Assembly: GCA_965662265.1 (NCBI GenBank)
Contig: CBFIGX010000003.1
Location: 83,511-147,510 of the forward strand
DNA from: Flavobacteriales bacterium
GTDB lineage: Bacteria; Bacteroidota; Bacteroidia; Flavobacteriales; UBA7430
DNA: 64,000 nucleotides
Direction: 5' to 3'
Each line of letters opens with the position of its first letter. Positions within the stretch are counted from its first letter, which is position 1. Positions 46,186-56,063 of this stretch are shown in pieces. The translations under genes and the position numbers were made by a program. A model generated the notes under the pieces. That model saw nothing but the letters and a program-made list of their open reading frames with translations, did no database searches and had not been told where the DNA came from.

Positions 46186-47313
46186 ATGAAAATAGACAAA
46201 AAACAAGTAGAAATAGCTTTAGACAGTGTTGTTGTAAAAGGAGATGACGCGTCTTTGATAACACGAGGTTTAGTAAAAAATATTGTTGTGTTTGATGATG
46301 AGGTGAACGTTGATATTGTCATCCATAACCCAACACTACATGCCAAGAAACAAGTAGAAGTTGACATTCTGAAGGCGATTCATCAGCACGTTTATGAAAA
46401 AGCTAAAGTTAAAGTTCACATTACTGTAGAATCTAAGCAAGAAGAAACACCTAATCTTATAAGGGGAAAAGCAATTAAAGGCGTTCAAAATATTGTTGCA
46501 ATTGCTTCCGGAAAAGGTGGAGTAGGAAAATCTACTGTTACCGCCAATTTAGCCATCTCTTTAGTTAAACAAGGATATTCTGTAGGTATTGTAGATGCTG
46601 ATATATACGGGCCATCGCAGCATATTATGTTTGATGTTGAGAAGTCAAGGCCTCAAGCAAGTGAATTTAACGGAAAGCCCGTTATGCTTCCGGTAGAAAG
46701 CTATGGTGTTAAGCTGTTATCAATTGGTTTTTTTGCGCCAGGTTCTCAGGCAGTAGTATGGAGGGGTCCTATGGCAACTAAAGCTTTAAATCAACTCATA
46801 AAAGACGCCCACTGGGGCGACTTAGATTATCTATTGATAGATTTACCTCCAGGTACTGGTGATGTGCACTTATCTCTTGTGCAAGCAGTACCTGTTACTG
46901 CAGCAATAATCGTAAGTACTCCACAAAATATAGCCTTGGCAGATGCAAAAAAAGGAGTTGGAATGTTTCAGCTTGATACTATTAAAGTTCCTGTACTCGG
47001 ATTGGTTGAAAATATGGCCTATTTTACTCCCGATGAATTGCCAAACAATAAATATTATATCTTTGGAAAAGACGGTGCTAAGAACTTAGCCGATGATTTA
47101 AATTTACCGCTACTTGGAGAAATTCCACTAGTACAAAGTATTCGTGAATCTGCTGATATAGGTCATCCAATTGCGATGCAGGAAGATAGCACTAGTTCAA
47201 ATGCATTTAAGAATTTAGCTGCAAATGTTGTTGAAGAGCTGCAACGAAGAAATGATATCTTAGAGCCAACAAAAGCAGTTAAAATAACAAATATGGATGG
47301 TTGTTCATCATAA
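46186..47313 (+). CDS. apbC: Mrp/ApbC/NBP35-family Fe-S cluster carrier ATPase
   Basis: 375 aa. It has an N-terminal DUF59-like region, the deviant Walker A IASGKGGVGKST, and DLPPGTGD. Confidence 0.88.
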   Translation: MKIDKKQVEIALDSVVVKGDDASLITRGLVKNIVVFDDEVNVDIVIHNPTLHAKKQVEVDILKAIHQHVYEKAKVKVHITVESKQEETPNLIRGKAIKGVQNIVAIASGKGGVGKSTVTANLAISLVKQGYSVGIVDADIYGPSQHIMFDVEKSRPQASEFNGKPVMLPVESYGVKLLSIGFFAPGSQAVVWRGPMATKALNQLIKDAHWGDLDYLLIDLPPGTGDVHLSLVQAVPVTAAIIVSTPQNIALADAKKGVGMFQLDTIKVPVLGLVENMAYFTPDELPNNKYYIFGKDGAKNLADDLNLPLLGEIPLVQSIRESADIGHPIAMQEDSTSSNAFKNLAANVVEELQRRNDILEPTKAVKITNMDGCSS

Positions 47314-47328
47314 TAAATCATACAAAAC

Positions 47329-47568
47329 ATGAAATCTGAACTTATAGATAAAATTGAAAGAGCTTTGGCTGATATTCGCCCTTATTTAGAGTCAGATGGA
47401 GGCGACATTTCTTTAGTTGAAGTAACGCCAGATATGGTTGTTAAGCTCAAACTTCATGGTGCATGTCAAAGTTGTAATGTTAATCAAATGACTCTCAAAA
47501 CAGGCGTAGAGCAATCCATTAAGAAATATGCACCAGAAATTGTTAAAGTGATAAATATAGATGATTAA
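47329..47568 (+). CDS. NifU-like (Nfu C-terminal domain) Fe-S assembly protein
   Basis: 79 aa. It has IRPYLESDGGDISLVEV and LHGACQSC (CxxC). Confidence 0.85.
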   Translation: MKSELIDKIERALADIRPYLESDGGDISLVEVTPDMVVKLKLHGACQSCNVNQMTLKTGVEQSIKKYAPEIVKVINIDD

Positions 47569-47577
47569 AACTAACCT

Positions 47578-49428
47578 ATGAATCAAGTTCAAGATAAGCT
47601 TGAAAAAGTAACTATATTATTCGCTGGAGATTCTGGAGATGGTATTCAACTTACAGGATCGCAGTTTACAAATAACACAGCTCTCTATGGTAACGATTTG
47701 AGTACATTCCCTGATTTTCCTGCAGAAATAAGAGCCCCCTTGGGAACTGTAGCGGGAGTTTCAGGTTTTCAAATTCATTTTGGATCAGTTGACGTATATA
47801 CTCCCGGAGATCAGTCGGATGTATTAGTAGTTATGAATGCTGCCGCTTTAAAAAAGAATTTAGGTAGATTAAAAGAACGTGGAACTATCATTGCCAATAG
47901 TTCAGGGTTTGATAAAAGAAATTTGCGATTAGCAGGAATTGAAAATGCAGAAAACCCCCTTGAGAATAATAGCTTGGAAGGGTATAAACTTCATCAGTTT
48001 GATATAACTAAGCTTACAAGAGAAGCACTAAAAGAATCAAATTTAGGAACCAAAGAGCGAGACAGATGTAAGAATATGTTTGTTTTAGGTTTTGTTTATT
48101 GGATGTATAATAGGTCATTAGATTCTTCCATTGATTTTTTAAATGCAAAGTTCAAAAACAAGCAAGAAATATTAAAAGCAAATATAAAAGTACTCAAAGC
48201 AGGGTATCATTTTGCCGATACTTGTGAGACTTTCTCTAATCGTTTTGAAGTTAAGGCTGCAAAGATGAATTCTGGTAATTATAGAAATATAGTTGGAAAT
48301 CAAGCTACAGCCATAGGCCTCATAGCAGCAGCTAATAAATCTGGTTTAAGTTTATTTTACGGGGGCTACCCAATTACTCCTGCTTCGGACATATTACATG
48401 AGTTGGCAAAGCATAAAAACTTCAATATTAAGACTTTTCAAGCAGAAGATGAAATTGCTGGTATATGTGCCGCTATTGGCGCATCTTTTGGTGGGCATTT
48501 GGGAGTAACAGCTTCTTCTGGTCCTGGTATAGCACTTAAAGGTGAAGCTTTAGGGCTAGCAACTATGCTTGAGTTACCACTGGTTGTTATTAATGTTCAA
48601 AGAGGTGGGCCATCTACAGGATTACCCACTAAAACAGAGCAGTCAGACCTTTTGCAAGCAGTCTATGGAAGAAATGGCGAAGCCCCAATACCTGTACTCA
48701 CAGCATCTTCACCCTCAGATTGTTTTCATATGGCTTATGAAGCGTGCAGAATTGCAATAGAGCATATGACACCAGTATTTTTAATGACTGATGGGTACAT
48801 AGCTAATGGTGCAGAGCCTTGGAAATATCCTACGGCCTCTGACTTAAAAGCTATTGATCTAAATTTCGTTCAACATCGCGATGAAAATTCACCAAAGTAC
48901 TTGCCCTATAAACGCGATGATAAGATGGTAAGATCGTGGGCAATCCCAGGAACAAAAGGCGTGGAACATAGAGTTGGAGGACTCGAAAAGGATAAAGAAA
49001 CAGGAAACGTTTCATATGATCCAGAGAATCATCAATACATGGTCAAAGCTCGCGCAAAAAAAGTTCAAAAAATAGCGGAATATATTCCTGAGCAAAAGTT
49101 TGATAGTGGATCACTCCAGTCTAGTGTCCTAGTAATAGGTTGGGGTTCTACATACGGGGCTATAAAGACCGCTGTAAGATCTCTAGAGACAAAAGGTTAT
49201 GATGTTGCACATTTGCAAATAAACTACATTCAGCCAATGCCAAAAAATATCGCTGATCTTATTAAACCATTCGATAAAGTTTTAATTCCTGAAATGAATA
49301 ACGGTCAATTAATAAAACTGATCAGAGATCAGTATTTAGTAGATGCAAAGCCGTTTAATAAAATTAAAGGAGTGCCTTTTGAATCTAATGAAATAGAAAA
49401 AGAAATTCTTAAGATGTTATTAGCATAA
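47578..49428 (+). CDS. korA: 2-oxoacid (2-oxoglutarate):ferredoxin oxidoreductase, alpha subunit (fused gamma-alpha)
   Basis: 616 aa. It has [20 protein letters not shown] and [14 protein letters not shown], typical of the OFOR alpha subunit. Confidence 0.88.
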   Translation: MNQVQDKLEKVTILFAGDSGDGIQLTGSQFTNNTALYGNDLSTFPDFPAEIRAPLGTVAGVSGFQIHFGSVDVYTPGDQSDVLVVMNAAALKKNLGRLKERGTIIANSSGFDKRNLRLAGIENAENPLENNSLEGYKLHQFDITKLTREALKESNLGTKERDRCKNMFVLGFVYWMYNRSLDSSIDFLNAKFKNKQEILKANIKVLKAGYHFADTCETFSNRFEVKAAKMNSGNYRNIVGNQATAIGLIAAANKSGLSLFYGGYPITPASDILHELAKHKNFNIKTFQAEDEIAGICAAIGASFGGHLGVTASSGPGIALKGEALGLATMLELPLVVINVQRGGPSTGLPTKTEQSDLLQAVYGRNGEAPIPVLTASSPSDCFHMAYEACRIAIEHMTPVFLMTDGYIANGAEPWKYPTASDLKAIDLNFVQHRDENSPKYLPYKRDDKMVRSWAIPGTKGVEHRVGGLEKDKETGNVSYDPENHQYMVKARAKKVQKIAEYIPEQKFDSGSLQSSVLVIGWGSTYGAIKTAVRSLETKGYDVAHLQINYIQPMPKNIADLIKPFDKVLIPEMNNGQLIKLIRDQYLVDAKPFNKIKGVPFESNEIEKEILKMLLA

Positions 49429-49430
49429 TT

Positions 49431-50477
49431 ATGAAGGAATCAACGTGTAATACAAATGTTGCCAATAATATAACGGCTAAGGACTTTAGTAGCGATCAGG
49501 ATATTAGATGGTGTCCTGGCTGTGGAGATTATTCTATCTTAAAGCAAGTTCAAGGGATTCTACCAGAATTTGGTATCCCTCGTGAGGATATTGTATTTGT
49601 GTCTGGTATAGGGTGCTCGTCAAGATTTCCTTATTATATGAATACTTACGGTATGCACTCAATTCATGGAAGAGCAACTGCTATTGCAAGTGGATTGAAA
49701 GCTGCAAGACCTGATTTAAGCGTTTGGATTATAACGGGTGATGGGGATTCTCTTTCTATAGGAGGGAATCATCTCATTCATATGTTGAGAAGAAATTTTG
49801 ACGTTAATGTTCTCTTGTTTAACAATCAAATTTATGGGTTAACAAAGGGGCAGTATTCGCCGACTTCAGAAATAGGAAAAAAGACAAAATCCACGCCAAT
49901 GGGATCTATAGATCATCCATTTAACCCATTGGCTTTATGCATGGGTGCAGAGTCTACTTTTGTAGCAAGAGCTATTGATAGAGAACCTAAACATATGAGA
50001 GAAGTTTTAAAAAGAGCTGAAGCTCATAAAGGAACCTCATTAGTAGAAATCTATCAAAACTGTAATATATTTAATGATGCTGCATTTGGAGCTTTTACAG
50101 ATAAGTCTTCAAAAAAAGACACTAGTATTTATTTAGAACACAATAAACCTTTGGTATTTGGTTCAGAGTTAAACAAAGGAGTTTTGTTGGATGGATTTAC
50201 ACCAAAAATAGTTGATTTAAGTAAGGGTAAGTTCACCATAGACGACTTATGGGTCCATGATGAAAAAGATAGGAATAAAGCAAATATCTTAACACGCTTC
50301 TTTGACGATCCTTCTTTTAACGATGCTTTACCAAGACCATTTGGTGTCTTTTATCAAGAAGAAAGGTTTTGTTATGAAGATGCTCTTTATGAACAGATTG
50401 ATATTGTAAAAAAACGCAAAGGTAATTCTGACTTAAATTCATTGCTTTCAGGAAATAACACTTGGTCCGTAAAATAA
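49431..50477 (+). CDS. korB: 2-oxoacid:ferredoxin oxidoreductase, beta (ThDP-binding) subunit
   Basis: 348 aa. It has [18 protein letters not shown] and the ThDP motif [13 protein letters not shown]...[11 protein letters not shown]. Confidence 0.88.
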   Translation: MKESTCNTNVANNITAKDFSSDQDIRWCPGCGDYSILKQVQGILPEFGIPREDIVFVSGIGCSSRFPYYMNTYGMHSIHGRATAIASGLKAARPDLSVWIITGDGDSLSIGGNHLIHMLRRNFDVNVLLFNNQIYGLTKGQYSPTSEIGKKTKSTPMGSIDHPFNPLALCMGAESTFVARAIDREPKHMREVLKRAEAHKGTSLVEIYQNCNIFNDAAFGAFTDKSSKKDTSIYLEHNKPLVFGSELNKGVLLDGFTPKIVDLSKGKFTIDDLWVHDEKDRNKANILTRFFDDPSFNDALPRPFGVFYQEERFCYEDALYEQIDIVKKRKGNSDLNSLLSGNNTWSVK

Positions 50478-50506
50478 AAGAATCTTTTTGAAGTTTTTTA
50501 TTTCAA

Positions 50507-50812
50507 GTGTATTTTGATAAATTGAATAACCGAGTGATAAGTAGAAATATATGCTGCTTTTTAATAGCTCACCTTCTTTGTCATTTTTTATTCTACATAG
50601 ATGAAGGTTATTATGACTTTAGATGGATGAATTCTGTCGGTAATTGGCTTGTATTTATCATATATAATTTCGTAACATTTATCGTTGTCGTAGTTGTCCA
50701 GAGAATTCTTGTAGTAAATAACATTACAAAATCAAATATGTTTTACACACTACTGTTAAGTGTTGTAATTACAATATTGTTTATTTGGTATTTGGCTGGT
50801 AGATCATTTTAA
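50507..50812 (+). CDS. hypothetical small membrane protein
   Basis: 101 codons from a GTG with three hydrophobic segments. I recognise no family, and coding status is uncertain. Confidence 0.35.
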   Translation: MYFDKLNNRVISRNICCFLIAHLLCHFLFYIDEGYYDFRWMNSVGNWLVFIIYNFVTFIVVVVVQRILVVNNITKSNMFYTLLLSVVITILFIWYLAGRSF

Positions 50813-50826
50813 CGACATAATAGCTG

Positions 50827-51606
50827 TTATTTTAAATCTAAAGGAATTTGACAAACAGGTATTGGATTCATTTTGTGTTGATTGGCTAAATGTAATTTAG
50901 AGTAAATATCAAATACTTGTTTTTTTCTACCATTGTATCTATTGGCGGTTGAACTAGCATAGGCTTTCATGGCCCATTCTAATTCGTCGTAATTAGCCCC
51001 TAATTGGTCTTCGTCATTTCTCCCATCTGCCCACAGACCATCTGTCGGTTCAGCTTTTTGAATAGCGTCTATAATCCTCAAGTCTTTGGCTAATGCAAAG
51101 ACTTCAGATTTCATAAGATCAGCAATTGGGCTAAGGTCTACACCGCCATCTCCGTATTTGGTGAAGAATCCAACACCAAAATCTTCAACTTTATTTCCTG
51201 TGCCTGCAACCAACATTCCGTTAGCGCCTGCGATGGTATATAACGTTGTCATTCTTAGTCTAGCTCTACTGTTTGCTAAACTTAGATTTTCTTGCATATT
51301 AACTGGTATTTTCATCTTGAATAAATCAAAACACTCTGATAGATCGATAGTTTCAACACTAATATTTGAAAAGTTGTTTTGTAGCCAGTCTACATGTGCT
51401 TTTGATCTATTTAATTCAATATCATTTTGATGAATTGGCATGAGAAGACATAGCACATTTTTGCCAGACAACGCACAAAGTGTAGATGTTACTGCAGAGT
51501 CAATGCCTCCTGAAATACCTACAACAAAACCGTTAGTGTTTGATTTTTCACTGTAGTTCTGGAGCCAACTTGAAATATGTTTAATTACATCTTTGGTCTT
51601 TATCAT
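50827..51606 (-). CDS. nadE: ammonia-dependent NAD+ synthetase
   Basis: The ORF 50827..51624 is trimmed to the ATG at 51606. It has the PP-loop GISGGIDS plus GTGNKVEDFGVGFFTKYGDGG. Confidence 0.9.
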   Translation of the reverse strand: MIKTKDVIKHISSWLQNYSEKSNTNGFVVGISGGIDSAVTSTLCALSGKNVLCLLMPIHQNDIELNRSKAHVDWLQNNFSNISVETIDLSECFDLFKMKIPVNMQENLSLANSRARLRMTTLYTIAGANGMLVAGTGNKVEDFGVGFFTKYGDGGVDLSPIADLMKSEVFALAKDLRIIDAIQKAEPTDGLWADGRNDEDQLGANYDELEWAMKAYASSTANRYNGRKKQVFDIYSKLHLANQHKMNPIPVCQIPLDLK

Positions 51607-51621
51607 ATCTGAAAAATATGT

Positions 51622-51629
51622 CAAATTTA
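51622..51629 (-). promoter_or_regulatory. '-7' box TAAATTTG for nadE
   Basis: The minus strand reads TAAATTTG. The ORF-track TTG start at 51624 is the TTG of this box, and the ATG at 51606 follows 16 nt later. Confidence 0.4.
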
Positions 51630-51689
51630 ATAAAAATCATACTTTATTGAATATGTGTGAACTGTTTATAATTTAGAATTTCAATTACT

Positions 51690-51697
51690 TATTTTTG
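51690..51697 (+). promoter_or_regulatory. '-7' box TATTTTTG for gldB-gldC
   Basis: TATTTTTG. The ORF-track TTG start at 51695 is the TTG of this box, and the ATG at 51713 follows 16 nt later. Confidence 0.4.
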
Positions 51698-51712
51698 CTT
51701 GTAATAAAGAAC

Positions 51713-52696
51713 ATGTTTATGAAGTACTCTATTTTTTTTGTAGCACTCCTATTTTTAGGTTTACCTTCCTGTCATGATTTATCAAATTACCCCGATATAA
51801 GTGGGCAAAAGTCAAAAATTTCTATATCGCACTTTGATAGAGAGTTTTTTGCTATGGATAGTGCTTCGTTTGATTTTGATTTGCAACAGATGAAAATTAA
51901 ATTTCCTTTATTTTTCGCTGGTAATCAAAATAACAATTCGTTTAGAGCACGATTCGATGATAAACTAATCAGAGAATTATATGAGTCTGTAGATTCTACT
52001 TTTCTTGATCTAGAGAGTATAGAAAATGAATTGAAAAGAGCTTTTAAATACTTTGATTACTATTTTTCGCATGATAGTTTGCAAATTTATACATGGTGCT
52101 CAAATTTTGAGAGCTTAGAACCTATTACCATTTCGGCTAACACAATTCTCATAGGATTAGATATGTATTTGGGAGAAAACTCTAAATTCTATTCTACCGC
52201 GCCATTATATATAAGACAACAGTTTAATAGACAGTTTATGCTCCCTGATGTCTTTTTTTATTACTTTTCAGCTTATATCCCTTTACCAAAAGAAAACACA
52301 CTATTAGCTTCTATGATACACTATGGTAAAATACATTATTTGAAAAGTTTGGTTTTACCTGAATATGATGAGCATACAATAATGAAGTATAGAAGTGATA
52401 AACATAGTTGGGCTCAACTTAATGAGGCCAATATTTGGGCATTCTTCTTGGAAAATAATCTTTTGTTTTCTTCACAACAGCAAAACAAAAGACGTTTTAT
52501 TGACGAAGCACCTTTTTCAAAATTTAATACAAATTTTGACGCAGATAGTCCTGGGGCAATAGGTCAGTGGGTAGGATTACAGATAGTTACTTCATACATG
52601 AAGACAAATCCAGATATAACACCTAAGGAATTAATAAAAGAAATCGATACTCAAAAAATCCTGCGCAAGTCGGGTTATAAACCAAAAAATAGATGA
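51713..52696 (+). CDS. gldB: gliding-motility lipoprotein GldB
   Basis: About 327 aa with a lipoprotein signal (FFVALLFLGLPSCHD). Its size and its arrangement next to nadE and directly upstream of a gldC-like gene of about 114 aa match the gldB-gldC locus described in Flavobacterium johnsoniae. Confidence 0.7.
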   Translation: MFMKYSIFFVALLFLGLPSCHDLSNYPDISGQKSKISISHFDREFFAMDSASFDFDLQQMKIKFPLFFAGNQNNNSFRARFDDKLIRELYESVDSTFLDLESIENELKRAFKYFDYYFSHDSLQIYTWCSNFESLEPITISANTILIGLDMYLGENSKFYSTAPLYIRQQFNRQFMLPDVFFYYFSAYIPLPKENTLLASMIHYGKIHYLKSLVLPEYDEHTIMKYRSDKHSWAQLNEANIWAFFLENNLLFSSQQQNKRRFIDEAPFSKFNTNFDADSPGAIGQWVGLQIVTSYMKTNPDITPKELIKEIDTQKILRKSGYKPKNR

Positions 52697-53037
52697 TGAA
52701 AGAGTCAGAAATAAAAATAAAAATACAGTTAGATGAGAATAAGGTGCCTGAGCAAATCTTATGGTCAGCGCCTGATGCTGGTGAAATAAATCAAAAATCA
52801 GAAGCAATTCTTATGTCTTTGTGGGACTCGGAAGTTCAAAATTCCTTAAGAATCGATCTTTGGACAAAAGAGATGAAAGTAGATCAAATGAAAACTTTTT
52901 TTCATCAAACATTAGTAGCAATGTCTGATACCTACGAGCGTGCTACAAACGACGAAAAAATGGCTGATGACATGCGGAAATTTTGCCAATATTTTGCAGA
53001 AGAACTTAATTTAATAAAAGATATAAAGAAGAAATAG
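52693..53037 (+). CDS. gldC: gliding-motility-associated protein GldC
   Basis: 114 aa and cytoplasmic. It overlaps gldB by 4 nt. Its size and position match the gldC partner of gldB. Confidence 0.65.
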   Translation: MMKESEIKIKIQLDENKVPEQILWSAPDAGEINQKSEAILMSLWDSEVQNSLRIDLWTKEMKVDQMKTFFHQTLVAMSDTYERATNDEKMADDMRKFCQYFAEELNLIKDIKKK

Positions 53038-53077
53038 TTATTGTTAGAAACTAGTAACAGCCTCTTTATGATAGTGT

Positions 53078-53686
53078 TTAAATTTTATCTCGAACCAAAC
53101 TGTTTGTTTTAGAAATAAAGTTTAATAATTCTAGCTTACCGACTCCAGAACTAGACGAGCTCATGAAAGTTTGTGGTAATTCTTCCCAATATTTTAGCAT
53201 TTCAGTTTTATACTTTGATAAATTTTTATTCAACTGATTGCTTGATAATTTGTCTATTTTAGTAAATACTATGACAAAGGGTAGGCGTTTTTCACCTAGC
53301 CAATTTATGAATTTTATGTCTAAGCTCTGCGGCTCTAATCTAGAATCTACTAATACAAAAGTACAAACTAAATTCTGTCTGTTCTCAAGGTAGTCGTATA
53401 TGAATTTTGCAAAATTTGAGCGGTCTTTTTTTGATACGCGAGCATAACCATAACCTGGTAAGTCTACAAGATACCACTCGTCATTAATTATAAAATGGTT
53501 TATAAGTTGAGTCTTACCTGGTTTCCCCGATGTCTTTGCTAGTGATTTACGAGCAGTAAGCATATTAATAAGCGACGATTTGCCAACATTAGATCTACCG
53601 ATAAAAGCATACTCAGGTATTTTATCCTTTGGGCATTTATTTATGTCGGTGTTACTAATTACAAATTCGGCACGATTAATTTTCAT
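53078..53686 (-). CDS. engB: ribosome-biogenesis GTPase YihA/EngB
   Basis: 202 aa. It has the G1 motif GRSNVGKSSLIN, G3 DLPGYG and G4 TKIDK. Confidence 0.9.
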   Translation of the reverse strand: MKINRAEFVISNTDINKCPKDKIPEYAFIGRSNVGKSSLINMLTARKSLAKTSGKPGKTQLINHFIINDEWYLVDLPGYGYARVSKKDRSNFAKFIYDYLENRQNLVCTFVLVDSRLEPQSLDIKFINWLGEKRLPFVIVFTKIDKLSSNQLNKNLSKYKTEMLKYWEELPQTFMSSSSSGVGKLELLNFISKTNSLVRDKI

Positions 53687-54446
53687 GAGAATTTTTTTTC
53701 AACCATGCGATACAAGTGTTAGCGAAGTCGATAGGATGTTCCATCATCGGAGCATGCCCACACTTTTCAAACCAGTATAGGTTGGAGTTTGGTAGTAGTC
53801 TGTGAAATTCTTCGGCTACTTCAGGAGGTGTAACACCATCATTTTTGCCCCAAATTAAGCAAGTAGGGTTTGTCATTTTTGGAAGGTCTTTAGCCATATT
53901 ATGTCTAATTGCAGACTTTGCAATAGCTAAAATTCGAATGACTTTATCTCTAGAATTTACCGACTCAAAGACTTCGTCAACCAATTCTTTTGTTGCAACA
54001 GCCGGATCATAAAAAACGTCTTCTGTTTTTTCTTTGATATAGTTGTAGTCATCTCTTCGTGGATAGGTGTCACCCATAGCGCTTTCATATAGCCCGGAGC
54101 TGCCAGTTAAGATGAGGTTTCTTACAGCATTTGGGTTATTTTTTGTGTAAATTAATGCTACATGTCCACCAAGTGAATTTCCTAATAAGGTAACATCTTT
54201 AAGATCCATATCATCAATAAATTTCTCTAGAAATTTTGAAATACCCTTAGCACTTGTTTTTAGTAGGGGTAGAGTATAAATTGGTAAGGAAGGGATAACA
54301 ACCCTAAAACCTGCGCCTGCTAATATGCGTGCAGTTTTTTCAAAGTTACTTAATGCACCCATTAAGCCATGTAAAAAAATCACAATTGGGCCTGAGCCAA
54401 TGTCAACGTATTCGTAATCGCCCTTTTTGTTTATCTCGTATTTCAT
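53676..54446 (-). CDS. alpha/beta-fold hydrolase
   Basis: The ORF 53676..54467 is trimmed to the ATG at 54446. It has the oxyanion motif FLHGL, the nucleophile elbow GNSLGG and a C-terminal His (CGHAPMMEHP). It overlaps engB by 11 bp. Confidence 0.8.
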   Translation of the reverse strand: MKYEINKKGDYEYVDIGSGPIVIFLHGLMGALSNFEKTARILAGAGFRVVIPSLPIYTLPLLKTSAKGISKFLEKFIDDMDLKDVTLLGNSLGGHVALIYTKNNPNAVRNLILTGSSGLYESAMGDTYPRRDDYNYIKEKTEDVFYDPAVATKELVDEVFESVNSRDKVIRILAIAKSAIRHNMAKDLPKMTNPTCLIWGKNDGVTPPEVAEEFHRLLPNSNLYWFEKCGHAPMMEHPIDFANTCIAWLKKNSHEN

Positions 54447-54464
54447 ATTTGAAAATTTACTGTG

Positions 54465-54472
54465 CAAAAATA
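54465..54472 (-). promoter_or_regulatory. '-7' box TATTTTTG for the hydrolase-engB unit
   Basis: The minus strand reads TATTTTTG. The ORF-track TTG start at 54467 is the TTG of this box. Confidence 0.4.
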
Positions 54473-54635
54473 CTGAATTTATAATGAAATATAATCCCGC
54501 CTTCTTTGATGCATAATTTAGGCGTTAATCCAAAAAAATCGAAGGTAGTGATTTAAAAGAAATAGATGATTTTAAAGATAAATCACGATTCATATATCTA
54601 CATTTTAATAGGTTAAGACGAAAGTTATCAACAAT

Positions 54636-54660
54636 GTGGTAAAAAGTGGTAAAAAGTGGT
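54636..54660 (+). promoter_or_regulatory. probable MraZ operator: three direct GTGGT repeats at exact 10-bp phase
   Basis: The sequence is GTGGTAAAAA GTGGTAAAAA GTGGT (54636, 54646, 54656). It abuts the -7 box of the dcw promoter. Confidence 0.6.
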
Positions 54661-54661
54661 A

Positions 54662-54669
54662 TATATTTG
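54662..54669 (+). promoter_or_regulatory. '-7' box TATATTTG of the dcw (mraZ) promoter
   Basis: TATATTTG lies 29 nt upstream of the GTG at 54698 and 47 nt upstream of the ATG at 54716. Confidence 0.45.
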
Positions 54670-54697
54670 TTTTCAATTCTTAAATACTAGTAGGGTC

Positions 54698-55168
54698 GTG
54701 AAAAATTTGATTGGAATGTACGAGTGTAGGGCAGACGCCAAAGGGCGTTTAAAGATCCCTTCTGGTCTAAAAAATCAATTAATTACGACTTTAAATGAAG
54801 GTTTTGTGTTGAAGCGATCTGTTTTTAATAAATGTTTAGAGTTGCACCCATTATCTCAATGGGAGGCAGTTATGGAAGACGTAAATAAATTGAATCGTTT
54901 TGTTAAAAAGAACAATGATTTTATAAGAATGTTTACTGCCGGTGTTAGAATGGTAGAGCCTGATAGTACCACAAGGATTCAAATTCCCAAAGATCTTATC
55001 AAGTTTGCAGGTATAAAAAAAGAAGTAGTTCTTGCTTCCGTAGGGAAAATTGTTGAAGTGTGGGACAAAGATAGGTATGAGGCTAGCGTAAATAATGTAG
55101 AGGTTGATTTTGGGCTACTAGCTGAGGAAGTTATGGGTGGGGGCTCTAAAACTATAGAGAATGACTAA
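54698..55168 (+). CDS. mraZ: transcriptional regulator MraZ
   Basis: The ORF 54656..55168 is trimmed to the GTG at 54698, and the ATG at 54716 is also possible. It has two SpoVT/AbrB-like halves with DAKGRLKIPSGL and STTRIQIPKDL. Confidence 0.88.
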   Translation: MKNLIGMYECRADAKGRLKIPSGLKNQLITTLNEGFVLKRSVFNKCLELHPLSQWEAVMEDVNKLNRFVKKNNDFIRMFTAGVRMVEPDSTTRIQIPKDLIKFAGIKKEVVLASVGKIVEVWDKDRYEASVNNVEVDFGLLAEEVMGGGSKTIEND

Positions 55169-56060
55169 ATACCATAAACCGGTTCTTCTTCCAGAATGTA
55201 TTGAGGGATTGAATATTTGCTCAACAGGTATTTATGTTGATGTGACTTTTGGTGGTGGTGGGCATTCCAAAGAAATAGTAAAATACCTGAAGAATGGTCA
55301 TTTATATGCTTTTGATCAAGATGCAGACGCTCTAGTAAACAGTCTTAATGATGAGAGATTTACTCTAATAAACTCAAATTTTCGATACCTGAAAGCATCT
55401 TTAAGAATGTACGGAGTAAGTGAGGTAGACGGTATTTTGGCTGACCTTGGTGTTTCATCTCATCAATTTAACGAAGCCAATAGAGGTTTTTCTATTCGAT
55501 TTGAGGCGGAGTTAGATATGAGAATGGATCAAAGTGAGAAGCTAAACGCTTTTAAAGTTGTCAATAAATATACGCATGAAGATTTGACGAATATCTTTAA
55601 AGTGTACGGTGAGGTTAAACGGCCAGGCACAGTAGCTAGGCTGATATGTGAATCAAGAGAGGTAAAACCTATATCTACTATTAATGAACTTAAAAATGCA
55701 ATTCAATTGGTAGCCCCTAAACTACAGGAAAATAAGTTTTATGCTCAAATTTTTCAAGCCATACGGATAGAGGTAAACGATGAAATAGAGGCATTAAAAG
55801 ATATGTTAACCCAAGCTCAGAATATACTAAAACCTGGTGGCAGGTTGGTCGTTATTTCTTACCATTCGTTGGAGGATAGACTGGTAAAAAACATCATTCA
55901 AAAAGGCAATTTTAAAGGCGAATTAAAGCAAGACTTTTATGGGAATAAGATTTTGGACTTTAAGAAAGTAACCAAAAAGCCAATGATTCCCTCACAAGAG
56001 GAAATTTCAATAAACAATCGGGCTAGAAGTGCAAAACTTAGAGTGGCCGAAAAAATATAA
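55161..56060 (+). CDS. rsmH: 16S rRNA (cytosine1402-N4)-methyltransferase
   Basis: 299 aa. It has YHKPVLL, DVTFGGGGHS, ADLGVSSHQ, ISYHSLEDR and ARSAKLR. Confidence 0.92.
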   Translation: MTKYHKPVLLPECIEGLNICSTGIYVDVTFGGGGHSKEIVKYLKNGHLYAFDQDADALVNSLNDERFTLINSNFRYLKASLRMYGVSEVDGILADLGVSSHQFNEANRGFSIRFEAELDMRMDQSEKLNAFKVVNKYTHEDLTNIFKVYGEVKRPGTVARLICESREVKPISTINELKNAIQLVAPKLQENKFYAQIFQAIRIEVNDEIEALKDMLTQAQNILKPGGRLVVISYHSLEDRLVKNIIQKGNFKGELKQDFYGNKILDFKKVTKKPMIPSQEEISINNRARSAKLRVAEKI

Positions 56061-56063
56061 ATA

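Noticed and set aside
54484-54516. A 10-codon mini-ORF (MKYNPAFFDA) lies in the divergent region upstream of mraZ and could be a leader peptide.
   Set aside because: There is no associated attenuator structure and no promoter box in front of it. At this length it is expected by chance in 230 bp of AT-rich DNA.
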